Positions 18,963 to 29,126 of a stretch of 64,000 bases of DNA are shown here, in pieces (positions within the stretch are counted from its first letter, which is position 1; each line of letters begins with the position of its first letter). Under the pieces are notes generated by a model, which saw only the letters and a list, made by a program, of their open reading frames with translations, was not told the DNA's origin and did no database searches. This DNA comes from an uncultured virus (IMG/VR IMGVR_UViG_3300034101_003746) (Duplodnaviria > Heunggongvirae > Uroviricota > Caudoviricetes). The position numbers and the translations under genes are program-made. The DNA lies in IMG/VR virus record IMGVR_UViG_3300034101_003746. One strand, written 5' to 3'.

Positions 18963-19929
18963 ATAATATATCTATAAGTTCATCATTTTCATCTAAATAT
19001 AAACCTTTAAGATTATTTTCAATATCGTATTTTCTCCACTTTAAACCGCTGTCAATCGATAGATATTCTTCGTCTATATTGTGATAGATGACATTTTTTC
19101 CGTAATGTGCACATTCGGCTATAAAACGTGGACTGCAATCAAATTTACGTCGAGCTATTCCTGCCCCTGTCGGCGTGTAGATATAGCTATCAAATTTTTC
19201 AAATATATTGTCTACTGGCATAGATGGAAAACTAATTTTTGGAAAATCTTTTACGATAGCAGAATATTTAGAGGCATCATTGGTTAATATCATATAATTT
19301 TCAAAACCGTATTCGAACACCAAATCTAATAACGATATATTGCATATTTCTCTACAGTTAGTAGTTAAATACAACATTGCAGTATTGCTGTTAGTTTTAT
19401 CAATTTTTTTATAGTATTTAAACCCAATTTTCTTAACATAGTTTATGGCTATATCACGATCTGGATCATCATAGACCCGATTGTCCTGCAAAAGAGTAAT
19501 ATTTTTATACGATAAATTGTAATGAGTGTCTGCACTACTACACTTAAACGAAAAAATATTCTTTAGCAATAAAACTGTTCCTCGAGGGTAAAACGCATTT
19601 AATAACCCTCCGTCGACAAATAGTATGCTAGTATTTTTGCCCAATACATATTTTGGTCTATTATAAAATAGAGTATTGTTTTTTATTTCTAATATAATAT
19701 CTGGGTCAACATCATATTTTAAAACTATACACTGTTCAAATGTTTCCCAATCCAAATCTTCGCATATTAATATACCAACCTTAAATTTATTTCTTAACAA
19801 TAGATAATAATCAATGATTTCATATATGTGACCACAAATGCCATGATTATTATCATGCATCCATGTCATGCTCAAATATAAATCATAAGAATCGTCTAGA
19901 CTAATAAAACTATTCCGCATATTTTTCAT
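18949..19929 (-). CDS. Putative glycosyltransferase, GT-B-like
   Basis: GICGH near N-terminus; FDCSPRFIAECAHYGKNV resembles the GT-B donor-binding E-x-x-x-G motif; start placed at 19929 or 19920, coupled to the upstream mini-ORF. Confidence 0.45.
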   Translation of the reverse strand: MKNMRNSFISLDDSYDLYLSMTWMHDNNHGICGHIYEIIDYYLLLRNKFKVGILICEDLDWETFEQCIVLKYDVDPDIILEIKNNTLFYNRPKYVLGKNTSILFVDGGLLNAFYPRGTVLLLKNIFSFKCSSADTHYNLSYKNITLLQDNRVYDDPDRDIAINYVKKIGFKYYKKIDKTNSNTAMLYLTTNCREICNISLLDLVFEYGFENYMILTNDASKYSAIVKDFPKISFPSMPVDNIFEKFDSYIYTPTGAGIARRKFDCSPRFIAECAHYGKNVIYHNIDEEYLSIDSGLKWRKYDIENNLKGLYLDENDELIDILYDRL

Positions 19930-20038
19930 AGTTCCATTGTACATTACAGTTGCATTCATCTATAAGATTCCATGTAAACGTTTTAAAATTAAAATTTCGT
20001 ATCCCAGCTCTAACTATTTTTTCTCCATCATATGTCAT
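19910..20038 (-). pseudogene. 42-aa mini-ORF, probably an internally deleted radical SAM gene (alternatively a peptide substrate)
   Basis: Manual translation MTYDGEKIVRAGIRNFNFKTFTWNLIDECNCNVQWNYEKYAE*; overlaps both neighbours; N-part resembles the lead-in to CxxxCxxC and the end resembles rSAM paralog tails. Confidence 0.55.
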
Positions 20039-21059
20039 AGAAATTTTTTCTATAATAGTTTACATCTTTTATCTTTTGACCACGAACTGGAAGAACTTTG
20101 ACATTCGATTGTTTTTCAATGCCATCACAAATATAAAAATATTTACAACGAACACAGTTTATGGGTTTTTTATATGCATCTAGCCGCTCTTCTTTGGTAG
20201 CTTCGTATGCTATATCTATCTTTTCTTTGGGCGTATACTGCTTAGATGTATCTAGCTTTTCGCTGTATACTTCTTTGTTCCAATCATAGATGTCATAGAT
20301 ATGTTGATATTGATTGCACACATATTTTTCATAACCAATCATAAAACAATATGGCGTATAGCGCACGTTGATTAGTTTTATTTGATCTTTTATAAGATCT
20401 ATGCATCGCTTTATTGCATCAGTAAGACCTATATAGTCACTGATAGGTTCAAAGTTTTTTGAATCGTCCCAATGATTTAACGTTAAAAAATTAACTTCAA
20501 ACGGGTCTATAGACTTTATAACTTCAGCATATCTTTCTAATCCCTTATAATTTTTCTGATACACTGTACAGTTTATTCTGACTCGTATATCATGCTTTTT
20601 ACAGTGTTCAATAGCAGTTCTTATCTTTTTCCATGCGCCAATCTTTCCAACAATTGAATCATGTATCTCTTCATCATATCCATGCAAACTAAAGAGAATT
20701 TCTTTTAACCCATGTTGTTTTGACTGTATCAAGAATTTTTCGTTTGAAAATGCTGACCCATTACTCAAACAACTTATATGTTCAAATCGATCATTACAAT
20801 AATCAAGTATTTGGAACCAGTCTTTGTGTATTGAACTTTCACCACCAGAAAGATCAATCTGAGTTATTCCATAAGCGTGAATATAGTCTATACGCTCTTT
20901 TATCTTTTCAAACGATGTTTTAAGATGTAGATGATTTAAATAATAGCAAAATTCACACTTATAATTGCAATGAAAACCAGTGTCTAATTTTGCTCTATTA
21001 TTTTTTGGAGTAGTATAGTCAACATCAAAAGAATGTACACTAAAATCATTTATGTTCAT
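20028..21059 (-). CDS. Radical SAM enzyme (HxsC-like architecture)
   Basis: CNYKCEFC, SGGESS, SNG, SLHG, YTPYCF, CVRCKYFYICDG. Confidence 0.88.
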   Translation of the reverse strand: MNINDFSVHSFDVDYTTPKNNRAKLDTGFHCNYKCEFCYYLNHLHLKTSFEKIKERIDYIHAYGITQIDLSGGESSIHKDWFQILDYCNDRFEHISCLSNGSAFSNEKFLIQSKQHGLKEILFSLHGYDEEIHDSIVGKIGAWKKIRTAIEHCKKHDIRVRINCTVYQKNYKGLERYAEVIKSIDPFEVNFLTLNHWDDSKNFEPISDYIGLTDAIKRCIDLIKDQIKLINVRYTPYCFMIGYEKYVCNQYQHIYDIYDWNKEVYSEKLDTSKQYTPKEKIDIAYEATKEERLDAYKKPINCVRCKYFYICDGIEKQSNVKVLPVRGQKIKDVNYYRKNFYDI

Positions 21060-21972
21060 TATTTAATTTATACTTCAAATATTGCTTAAACGGAGTCAAA
21101 TCATTGGAAATTATTATCATCTCATCATTAGTTGGCTGTAGCGTTTCTAGTTCATCTAATAATTCTTTGATTTCTTCGACGCTTAACATGTCATCTACTA
21201 TGCGCATAAAATCAGTATAACTATCATCGCAGTTGTGTGTTTCTATTTTATGAAGAAACTTATCGATATATTCTGGCAATGGCAACAATAGCGGCGGCCA
21301 ATTTTTAAAATATTCTGTCAATGTTTTACAACTCGTTAAATCGATATCGTCTACGACATCGCGATACATTTGTATAATCGTATCGATGTCTGTAATATCT
21401 TCTTCAGAATCAGATTGCAGTTTTAGCGTATTTAATTCATCAGTTATCTCATCTATTTTGAGTTGAATTAATTTTTTACACGCATTAACAATCTTTTCCC
21501 TTTTATCTTCTGGAACTTCGTTTAATAATAAGTCATCGACATCAACTATAAAGTCACAATTATATAAAAATTCGAAAATATAGTTTGGTAAATGTATATT
21601 TTCAACGTTGATGACATGCTTACGCGAGATATGATGATATAATTCTAACTTACTAAAGGTGTTTTTAGGATCACTTAAACGAAGGTTTATTTTATCGTTC
21701 AGCCAATCTAAAATTTCAAGTATAATTCTATCATTTTCAATCGGATCTTCAAAACACCGATGCAAGTGTTCAACAATTTCTGCAACAGGAATGGTTTCAA
21801 TGCATGAAGTGAACAGATTAAACGCTCTCACGACGTTATAATTAGATTCATCCTGAACTATCTCTTGCTGAGTATATTTTGGATTCAACGTTATAAATTT
21901 ATAGATTTCTCTATGAGAAACGATAATTATAGACTTGTTCAGATCTTCAATCAGTACATCACGATAATTCAT
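21046..21972 (-). CDS. Acidic helical protein, possible tail-fibre assembly chaperone
   Basis: YRD...T.EY..NWPPLLLPLP resembles fibre-assembly chaperone C-terminal motifs; directly follows the adhesin gene. Confidence 0.4.
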   Translation of the reverse strand: MNYRDVLIEDLNKSIIIVSHREIYKFITLNPKYTQQEIVQDESNYNVVRAFNLFTSCIETIPVAEIVEHLHRCFEDPIENDRIILEILDWLNDKINLRLSDPKNTFSKLELYHHISRKHVINVENIHLPNYIFEFLYNCDFIVDVDDLLLNEVPEDKREKIVNACKKLIQLKIDEITDELNTLKLQSDSEEDITDIDTIIQMYRDVVDDIDLTSCKTLTEYFKNWPPLLLPLPEYIDKFLHKIETHNCDDSYTDFMRIVDDMLSVEEIKELLDELETLQPTNDEMIIISNDLTPFKQYLKYKLNNEHK

Positions 21973-22005
21973 AATCTATATATCAATTTTAGTTTAACAT
22001 GAAAA

Positions 22006-24033
22006 TTATCCGCTATATGTTCCCCAATTTGATGCATTTATCGTTCTAGCAGTTCCAAGCGAATCGTTGTATGTAAATGTTTTGTTTGGCATTGGATTTG
22101 GAGGTGCATCAACACCATAAACTAAAGCTTGCGTATTACCAGTAGAAGCTATAGTATTACCATTCAATTTGATATTAGTGGCATTCACAAAAGACCAACT
22201 AGTGGTAATAAGCCAATTAGGATAATTTCTAACCATTGTAGTAGTAATTGAATAGGAAGTAGAATTAACAGGCGGAGGATTTAAAGATGTATCACCAATA
22301 GTTATGTTTCCACTTGTCGCCATAAGTGTTCCATTTGCGCTGCCTTTGTGTATAGAAACGTTGAAAGTTTCGCCTCCTTCTGTCAAACTATCAGAGATTG
22401 GAGTTAGAGTAACCGAACTTGTGCCGTTTGACGGATTGGTAGTAGCTAATATTCCAGACGTTGAAGAGAAATCTGCATCTTCTATTGGATTTGTTCCAAC
22501 TCCATTTATTTTCCAGTAATACGTTCCAGAAGGATTGTATGCAAGCGTATTAAATGTTATCGATGATCCTTCATTCACGCTAGTTGCTCCAGCATCTGCA
22601 GATATAGTCCAGTCTTCTCTAAGTGCTGGGCTTTGATTTAGACCGAGATCAAATTTTATTTCATTATTAGATCTCGTATTTCCATCTATCGTATCAGAGT
22701 ACCAATCAAAATCTTTAATTTCAAATGAAGCGGTAAAACTTCCACCCCCAGCATCGATATTAGATGTAGAATAACCGCTGCTAGAGCCTATAAATCTTTT
22801 TCCAATAGCTACAGTGCCAATTATAGCTGTAGTAGTTCTATTTCGTATTTCCACTCTTAGAATTTCATAGAAATCAACACCAACTTGTTGAACTAGACCA
22901 GAAAATCCGCCATATGTAATAAGATCTGGAATATTATTTGTATCATATTTGCGTGATGTATACCATCCTTCAGTGCTAGTTCCATTCGTTAATACTATTC
23001 GTATTCTAAACTTGTATGTAAAATTTGTATATGAATCTAGTATAATTGCGTTTTGATAATTAACTCCTGTAGTAAGATTTCTTATAGTTCTTATTATAAA
23101 TGTAAATGGAGTAACGATGCTTAAGGTAGAAGCACTAACCGCATCTGATTTTGTACCTTCTCCTTTCGCGTTAGCTGCAGAAACCCGGTATGAATATGAC
23201 GTCAGCGATGCTAAATCATTGTCAGTGTAAGTATTATTTGTAGTTTCACCGATGTTTACATTATTTCTATAAATTTCGTATTTTAACGCATTACCGACAA
23301 CTCCCCAATCTAAAGTTATTGAACTTGTTGATTGCGGTGTCGCAGACAGTCCAGTAACTTTACTAGGAACTACATTATAGTCTGCTATTGCATCGGACAA
23401 TTTGTATAGTTTTGTGCCCACTAGATAGCTTTGTAGAGAATCTATATTATCATCGATTCCATCGCTATTGACATTTCTAATTATTTTAGATAGAGTATTG
23501 GCATAACCAATACTTACAGTAAAACCTATGCTATCGTTTATAGACTCGCTGCCTCGATGACGTATAGATGCGGCGTATGAAGTACTAGTTGTTCCGCTGC
23601 CTCCAGATCCGCTAATGTTATCCCATTTAGCAAAAGCAACACTAGTTTTTGTGTCGCCATTAAATGTAATGCTATATACAGATTCTTTGCCGTATAGTCC
23701 AGTTATAGTTAAAGATGCATCATTATTATCATAATACTTATCATCACGACTTTCTGAAGTTGCAATTATATTAAACCCATAGATATAATTATCTCTGAAT
23801 CGACCTAAACTTATGTTGTTATCATTATCGCTAGTAGATTCGTGATTTGTTCTCCCTTGATCTCCTCTAGGACCTACATAATCTTTAAAATAGCCTCTTA
23901 AGGCAGTTAAACTCGAATCTTTATCGTCAAAGCGAGTATTTTTGGTCAATAATCGTTTTAATACGTTTACGTCAGATATTCTTATAGGTCCAGTTGCTGG
24001 AATATGTGATATTGCATCATTGGATGTTGCCAT
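22006..24033 (-). CDS. Fibre-tip adhesin with FN3 and Calx-beta-like domains
   Basis: N-terminal IPATGPIRISD...ISLGRFR attachment motif; FN3 (PSKVTGL..ITLDW..YSYRVSA); SVNEG...DSLTEGGETF. Confidence 0.7.
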   Translation of the reverse strand: MATSNDAISHIPATGPIRISDVNVLKRLLTKNTRFDDKDSSLTALRGYFKDYVGPRGDQGRTNHESTSDNDNNISLGRFRDNYIYGFNIIATSESRDDKYYDNNDASLTITGLYGKESVYSITFNGDTKTSVAFAKWDNISGSGGSGTTSTSYAASIRHRGSESINDSIGFTVSIGYANTLSKIIRNVNSDGIDDNIDSLQSYLVGTKLYKLSDAIADYNVVPSKVTGLSATPQSTSSITLDWGVVGNALKYEIYRNNVNIGETTNNTYTDNDLASLTSYSYRVSAANAKGEGTKSDAVSASTLSIVTPFTFIIRTIRNLTTGVNYQNAIILDSYTNFTYKFRIRIVLTNGTSTEGWYTSRKYDTNNIPDLITYGGFSGLVQQVGVDFYEILRVEIRNRTTTAIIGTVAIGKRFIGSSSGYSTSNIDAGGGSFTASFEIKDFDWYSDTIDGNTRSNNEIKFDLGLNQSPALREDWTISADAGATSVNEGSSITFNTLAYNPSGTYYWKINGVGTNPIEDADFSSTSGILATTNPSNGTSSVTLTPISDSLTEGGETFNVSIHKGSANGTLMATSGNITIGDTSLNPPPVNSTSYSITTTMVRNYPNWLITTSWSFVNATNIKLNGNTIASTGNTQALVYGVDAPPNPMPNKTFTYNDSLGTARTINASNWGTYSG

Positions 24034-24055
24034 AATGTATTATTTTTTGAAATTA

Positions 24056-26425
24056 TTAAAGTAACTCTATTTTTGCAGCCAATTCATCGTTTTTATTTTT
24101 TAATTCCTTTATGCATTCGATCAATAGAGGAATTAATTTTTCATATCTAACTGCTTTATATCCATTTTCTCGTGTAGTAACAATTTCTGGAAATATATCT
24201 TCAACTTCTTGCGCTATGATGCCAATATCATAGCCAGAATAGGTGTTTTGGTTGCTGTTCCATGTAAATGATACTCCGTTTAGCTTTTCGATTTTTTCTA
24301 GCGGACGTTGAATGTTTTTTATATTATTTTTTAAGTTTGCATCGGATGCCGAATACGCAACTACATCTCCTTCTGAGGATATACTACCAGTTGCAGTTAT
24401 AGAACCAGTAGATATACTAGTGCAAGAAAATGCACCAGTATTACTAATTGATGCTTTTTCAACTATCGCGTTGTTTGTATCATTATTAGTACCAAATGAA
24501 ATTTCACCTGGAGTCACAATTTCTAATTTATTGCCATTTGCGGTAATGCGTGTCGCATCGCCTTCAAATTTTAGGCCTCGGTTGCCAATAGTCGTATCGC
24601 GTTTTTTTACAGTTAGAGTATTGGCTATTGAGATGCTGTCTTCTAATTTCGTCGAAGTAATAGCTTTATTTTGTATTTTAGCTGTTGCTATGCCTTTGCT
24701 CAAATCTGCAGTATTAGCATCTGTTATCATAGCATTTACTATGACACCATCTTGTATTTTTGATGTAAAATCCACATTCGCGCTTCCATCTGTAGAAAAA
24801 GTAAACGCAACATGTGTAGCGTCAGTCCCTACTGTTTTTGACGTAAATGTTCTAGAGTTAGTCCACACTCTAGCACTTTTAGCGATTCCATCAAAATCGT
24901 TAGCAGTTCCAGCTGGAGTAGCCGCAGTTCCGCTGGTTGTAAATGAACTTGCAGATACGGTACTTTGTGATCGTAAACTTACTACATGCGTTAAACCGGT
25001 GCCGTTATCTATACGCAATCCAACTCCAGTATCAGTGGTTGCGGCCGAAATTGCGGCTGAAATTGCTCCTCCTTGAATTTCAAATTTTCCTGGAGACGCT
25101 GAGCCAATGCTAATTAGCTGCCATGATTTACTGGAGTCATGACTCGATAGTCCAGTTTCACCGACACCAGCTAACACTAAACGACCACCATTATCTCCAG
25201 CGGTTAGCGTTGCGACTTTAACTTTAAATCCAGTTCCAGTTCCTCCTATAAGATTTGATGCAGCAGTTAAAAATATGTCAATTCCAGTAAATCCGTTTCC
25301 ACGATCTGTTATAGTCACGTTAGTAACTTTACCACCAGAAACGACTATGTCTGCTTTTGGTGCAGTTGTAAAGTTTGAAGTTCCTGATGATTTCGAAAGA
25401 GTAATGTTATAGTATGTATTATTTGCATATCCTGTACCAGCAGTAAGCGCTCCAAGCGTCGCAACTCCCTGTGTTCGGCCTTCGATTAAAACTTGACCGC
25501 CTTGAACTTCAAGATCTTTAATAACAACGGTATCTCCATCAGGCTCCCATGTTGGGCCTCCAACTGATATTTTTGATGGAATAATTGCTCCTTGTTGTAT
25601 ATGTGCAGACGTTATGCCTGTAGCTATACCATCAGGATCTGCTGTTGAGCCATCAAAAGCAGGATCCCACTCCTTGATATGCCGTCTAAGCACGACATCC
25701 GGTCTTAGCATACCAACAATTTTTATTTCAGACGTGCCATCAAATGATGGAATATGAGCTGTTGGTGTATATACATCAGATATCAGTTCGCTGCTAGACA
25801 CAGTTCCAGCTTGCGTATTAACTGAAGTTAGTGCGGGACTAATTCCGGTACACGTATCGTTTTCTAGAGCAATGTTTAGTGTCGCGTCTTGTGCTCTTGC
25901 GCGTTTATTAGTTAGAGTTATTTCTCGATTTTGACCATCAATATTAAATAGCGCAATGATATCTTCGTTTGCGTTTAGTGCACCTCTAACTTTATTCGCC
26001 CATGCTGTAGGAGTGTCGTTTTGTTGAACAGGAACACTAATAACTCTAAACTTAGTAGATGTTGAAAAATTTGCAGAAGTAATCGTTACCTTTGCATTTC
26101 CAGTAGCAGTTATAGTTCCTGTTGCCGTTGCAGTTTCTTTCTGTAGAGTTCCAGTATAAAGAATATTCGTGTCAAGATATATTTTACGAGGGTTGAGTAG
26201 ACGAATTGATGTGGTGTCAACCAATCTAGTTTTACTTAAATCTATTGAAAACGTTGGGTTGGTTTGGTCAGAAAGATTTAGTGTAATATCACCGGCTCCA
26301 GATTGACCAAATGTTGCATTTAATATAGAAGATGTACCTAAACCCAATTGTTTACGCATTTCAGAGCGCTCAACTGGTACAGGTTGATTCGCTGGAAGTG
26401 GTCCTAAATTAATCGATGTAGCCAT
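24056..26425 (-). CDS. Tail fibre with C-terminal peptidase S74 intramolecular chaperone
   Basis: SDANLKNNIK...GIIAQEVE...VRYEKLIPLLIECIKEL. Confidence 0.88.
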   Translation of the reverse strand: MATSINLGPLPANQPVPVERSEMRKQLGLGTSSILNATFGQSGAGDITLNLSDQTNPTFSIDLSKTRLVDTTSIRLLNPRKIYLDTNILYTGTLQKETATATGTITATGNAKVTITSANFSTSTKFRVISVPVQQNDTPTAWANKVRGALNANEDIIALFNIDGQNREITLTNKRARAQDATLNIALENDTCTGISPALTSVNTQAGTVSSSELISDVYTPTAHIPSFDGTSEIKIVGMLRPDVVLRRHIKEWDPAFDGSTADPDGIATGITSAHIQQGAIIPSKISVGGPTWEPDGDTVVIKDLEVQGGQVLIEGRTQGVATLGALTAGTGYANNTYYNITLSKSSGTSNFTTAPKADIVVSGGKVTNVTITDRGNGFTGIDIFLTAASNLIGGTGTGFKVKVATLTAGDNGGRLVLAGVGETGLSSHDSSKSWQLISIGSASPGKFEIQGGAISAAISAATTDTGVGLRIDNGTGLTHVVSLRSQSTVSASSFTTSGTAATPAGTANDFDGIAKSARVWTNSRTFTSKTVGTDATHVAFTFSTDGSANVDFTSKIQDGVIVNAMITDANTADLSKGIATAKIQNKAITSTKLEDSISIANTLTVKKRDTTIGNRGLKFEGDATRITANGNKLEIVTPGEISFGTNNDTNNAIVEKASISNTGAFSCTSISTGSITATGSISSEGDVVAYSASDANLKNNIKNIQRPLEKIEKLNGVSFTWNSNQNTYSGYDIGIIAQEVEDIFPEIVTTRENGYKAVRYEKLIPLLIECIKELKNKNDELAAKIELL

Positions 26426-26432
26426 ATGCTAT

Positions 26433-26440
26433 TATTTATA
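26433..26440 (-). promoter_or_regulatory. T4-type late promoter TATAAATA
   Basis: Exact match, 7 nt before ATG 26425. Confidence 0.75.
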
Positions 26441-26455
26441 TGATAAAAATTATTT

Positions 26456-29125
26456 TTATGTTAGATTGTAGACGCGAACATGACCGCTAACAAATCCATT
26501 TCCGTCATTATATGGCGTGCCTATAGCAATTTTATCACCAATAGAATTTATACTCACTGAACCAACAGCATATACATTTGGATTTTCAGGATCTATACTT
26601 TGTCCTATTTGTGTCCATAATTGGGTTGACTCTTTGTATTCATATACTCTTGTGTTACCATTTTCACCATTTAGCCAGCTAGATCCTATAATAATTCTAT
26701 TACCTGCAGCATTTATACCTATTTTATGTCCAAGATAATCATCTTGAGTAATTCCATTTATATCTTGTCCTAGTTGAGCCCAAGAGCTAGAACTACTATT
26801 CCAAGAATATACACGCACTTGTCCAGCGTACACTGTACCTCCATAGCCAGGAGCTCCTACTACAAATCTGTCACCAGCAGCATTCATATATACTCGTATA
26901 CCAAACCCGGTGTTAGCACCAGCAGCGCCGTCAACATCTTGACCTAACTGTGTCCATGCTTGGGTGAGTGAGTTATATTGGTATATTCTAACATGACCGG
27001 TATTGTTACCGCTAGTGCTGCGGTTGGTAGGTGCACCAATAGCAACTCTATCACCTGTAGCATTCATACTTACACATGCACCACTATTATCCCCATAGCT
27101 CTCTCCATCAATATCTTGACCTAACTTCGTCCATGTTTGAGTGGATAAGTTATATTGGTATATTCTAACATGACCGATACTATTAGCTCCATTTACATTA
27201 TTATATGGAGCACCAATAGCAACCATATCGCCTGTAGCATTCATGCTTACGCTAAATCCGCTTTGGTCACCATCAAATTCACCATTAATGTCTTGACCAA
27301 GTTGTGTCCATGTTTGTGTGGATGAGTTATATTCGTATATTCTAGTATGACCGCTGTTAGAGCCATTGCCATCATTTTTTATCGCTCCTATAGCAACACG
27401 ATCACCTATAGCATTCATGCTTACACTCCATCCACATTGATCACCATCAAATTCACCATTAATGTCTTGACCAAGTTGTGTCCATGTTTGAGTGGATGAG
27501 TTATATTCATGTATCTGCACATGACCTCGTGAAGCAGAAATACTAGGATTATAATAACTATCTGGTGCACCTATTGCTACACGATTGCCATCAGCATTCA
27601 TGCTTACACTTCTCCCTATATAATCACCAGGATTTCCATCTATATCAAGACCCAGTTGACTCCATATATTAAAAGTAGTAGTAGTATGGACAGTAACTTT
27701 ATTATAGTTGGGGGCGCCAAAGGCTATAGTCTGACCATCTTGCGAAAGCGCAATGCTATAGCCATTATTACTATTTGAAGGATCTGGTGTTATAGTTCCA
27801 GTTTGTTGCCAATTCGTACCGTTCCAATCAACTATATGAATAGTGCTGTTTGTAGAATCTCCGTTGACATTATAATCCTGTTTTGTCGACCATATTATGC
27901 GATTTCCATCTTTATCGATTGACATGCTGTTATTTGGATTATACACAAGTGAATCAGCTCCAGTAATTGGTATTGTTTGTCCTCTATTGTTCCAATTGCT
28001 AGTATTATCTAATACAGATTTGTGTACTACTATATGTGGAGAATTGAAACCAGCGAATGAAGCATATGCAATAATATATCGATTATCTGTTGTCGAGCGT
28101 AATGATAATGCGTCAACCTGAAATTCTGACGCAAAATATTGAGTATTAACCCATGAACTGAATGTAGCCCAAGAGAATATGTGTACGCCCATATTGTTAT
28201 ATATTCCAGAAATTGCTATTTCTCTGCCTGTATAGCTTAATGAAATATGTTTCGCCCAACCAGCGTTATCCAAACTATCATTAGCAGGCCCAGATATTGT
28301 ATTTCCCGCTTGAAACCAACCGGAATTATTATCCCATGAATAGATCTTTACTTGACGATCGTCTGTTATTGCAACCGTACTTCCATCTCCACTTATGGCC
28401 ACAGCAGAATCTTGATTTGAAGTTGTAGCAAAGCTATTTCCGCGTCGATTCCATGAACTTCCATTCCATGCATAGACTGCTGCATAATTAGAAGACGTGT
28501 TCGATGGAAATTCAAACTGGTGATTTCTGTACACACAAGCTATCACATTTCCATCATCGCTTATTGAAGTTTGTAATTCTGCATTTCCTGGAGAATGCAC
28601 CGGAATTGTTATTTTTGTGTTAACCCAAGCGTAATTGATCCATCGATTTACGCTAATGAATGATGATGTAGATGTTCTTCCTGTACTTACGACTACATTT
28701 CCGTCTGCGCTTACAGATACACCATAACCACCTACATTAGGAGAAGTTTCAGTTAATAGCGAACCCTTTTGATACCAAGTTATAGGAGTTGTCGAAGTAT
28801 CATTAATCGTAACACTTAAACTTATACCCAGATTATTCAACGTTAGTGTGAAAGTTTCAGATCCTTCTGTTAACAAGTCATTGCTAAAAGTAATTGGTAA
28901 TGTTGCAGTGCCTGTAGCGCCGACAGTAAAGTTTCCAGTCAATGATGCACCACTAATGTCATTGTTGGTCACACCAGTTATGGTATAAGGAACGAGAGTG
29001 CCGTTAGGCACTCTTGTAGTATTTAATGTAAATGTAATAGGTTGACCTTCGCTTATTGATGATGCAGAACTTTGCAGCATATATGTTGCGCGTCGACGCT
29101 TTCTTAATAAAATTGCAGTTAACAT
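26456..29125 (-). CDS. Adhesin: Calx-beta-like domain plus two FG-GAP-like beta-propellers
   Basis: Repeats W.QLGQDI.GE..GD..G.SVSMNA.GDRVAIGA; start placed at ATG 29125 just after the upstream stop. Confidence 0.8.
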   Translation of the reverse strand: MLTAILLRKRRRATYMLQSSASSISEGQPITFTLNTTRVPNGTLVPYTITGVTNNDISGASLTGNFTVGATGTATLPITFSNDLLTEGSETFTLTLNNLGISLSVTINDTSTTPITWYQKGSLLTETSPNVGGYGVSVSADGNVVVSTGRTSTSSFISVNRWINYAWVNTKITIPVHSPGNAELQTSISDDGNVIACVYRNHQFEFPSNTSSNYAAVYAWNGSSWNRRGNSFATTSNQDSAVAISGDGSTVAITDDRQVKIYSWDNNSGWFQAGNTISGPANDSLDNAGWAKHISLSYTGREIAISGIYNNMGVHIFSWATFSSWVNTQYFASEFQVDALSLRSTTDNRYIIAYASFAGFNSPHIVVHKSVLDNTSNWNNRGQTIPITGADSLVYNPNNSMSIDKDGNRIIWSTKQDYNVNGDSTNSTIHIVDWNGTNWQQTGTITPDPSNSNNGYSIALSQDGQTIAFGAPNYNKVTVHTTTTFNIWSQLGLDIDGNPGDYIGRSVSMNADGNRVAIGAPDSYYNPSISASRGHVQIHEYNSSTQTWTQLGQDINGEFDGDQCGWSVSMNAIGDRVAIGAIKNDGNGSNSGHTRIYEYNSSTQTWTQLGQDINGEFDGDQSGFSVSMNATGDMVAIGAPYNNVNGANSIGHVRIYQYNLSTQTWTKLGQDIDGESYGDNSGACVSMNATGDRVAIGAPTNRSTSGNNTGHVRIYQYNSLTQAWTQLGQDVDGAAGANTGFGIRVYMNAAGDRFVVGAPGYGGTVYAGQVRVYSWNSSSSSWAQLGQDINGITQDDYLGHKIGINAAGNRIIIGSSWLNGENGNTRVYEYKESTQLWTQIGQSIDPENPNVYAVGSVSINSIGDKIAIGTPYNDGNGFVSGHVRVYNLT
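26925..27510. repeat. Propeller-blade DNA repeats, ~174-180-bp period
   Basis: Near-identical segments starting at 27267 and 27441, with related copies near 26930 and 27110. Confidence 0.75.
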
Positions 29126-29126
29126 G

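Noticed and set aside
12877..21059. Radical SAMs as QueE, MoaA or NrdG (7-deazaguanine DNA modification, cofactor or RNR activation)
   Set aside because: No queC, queD, folE, dpdA, moa or nrdD partners in the window, and the C-terminal Cys domains and GT context do not fit
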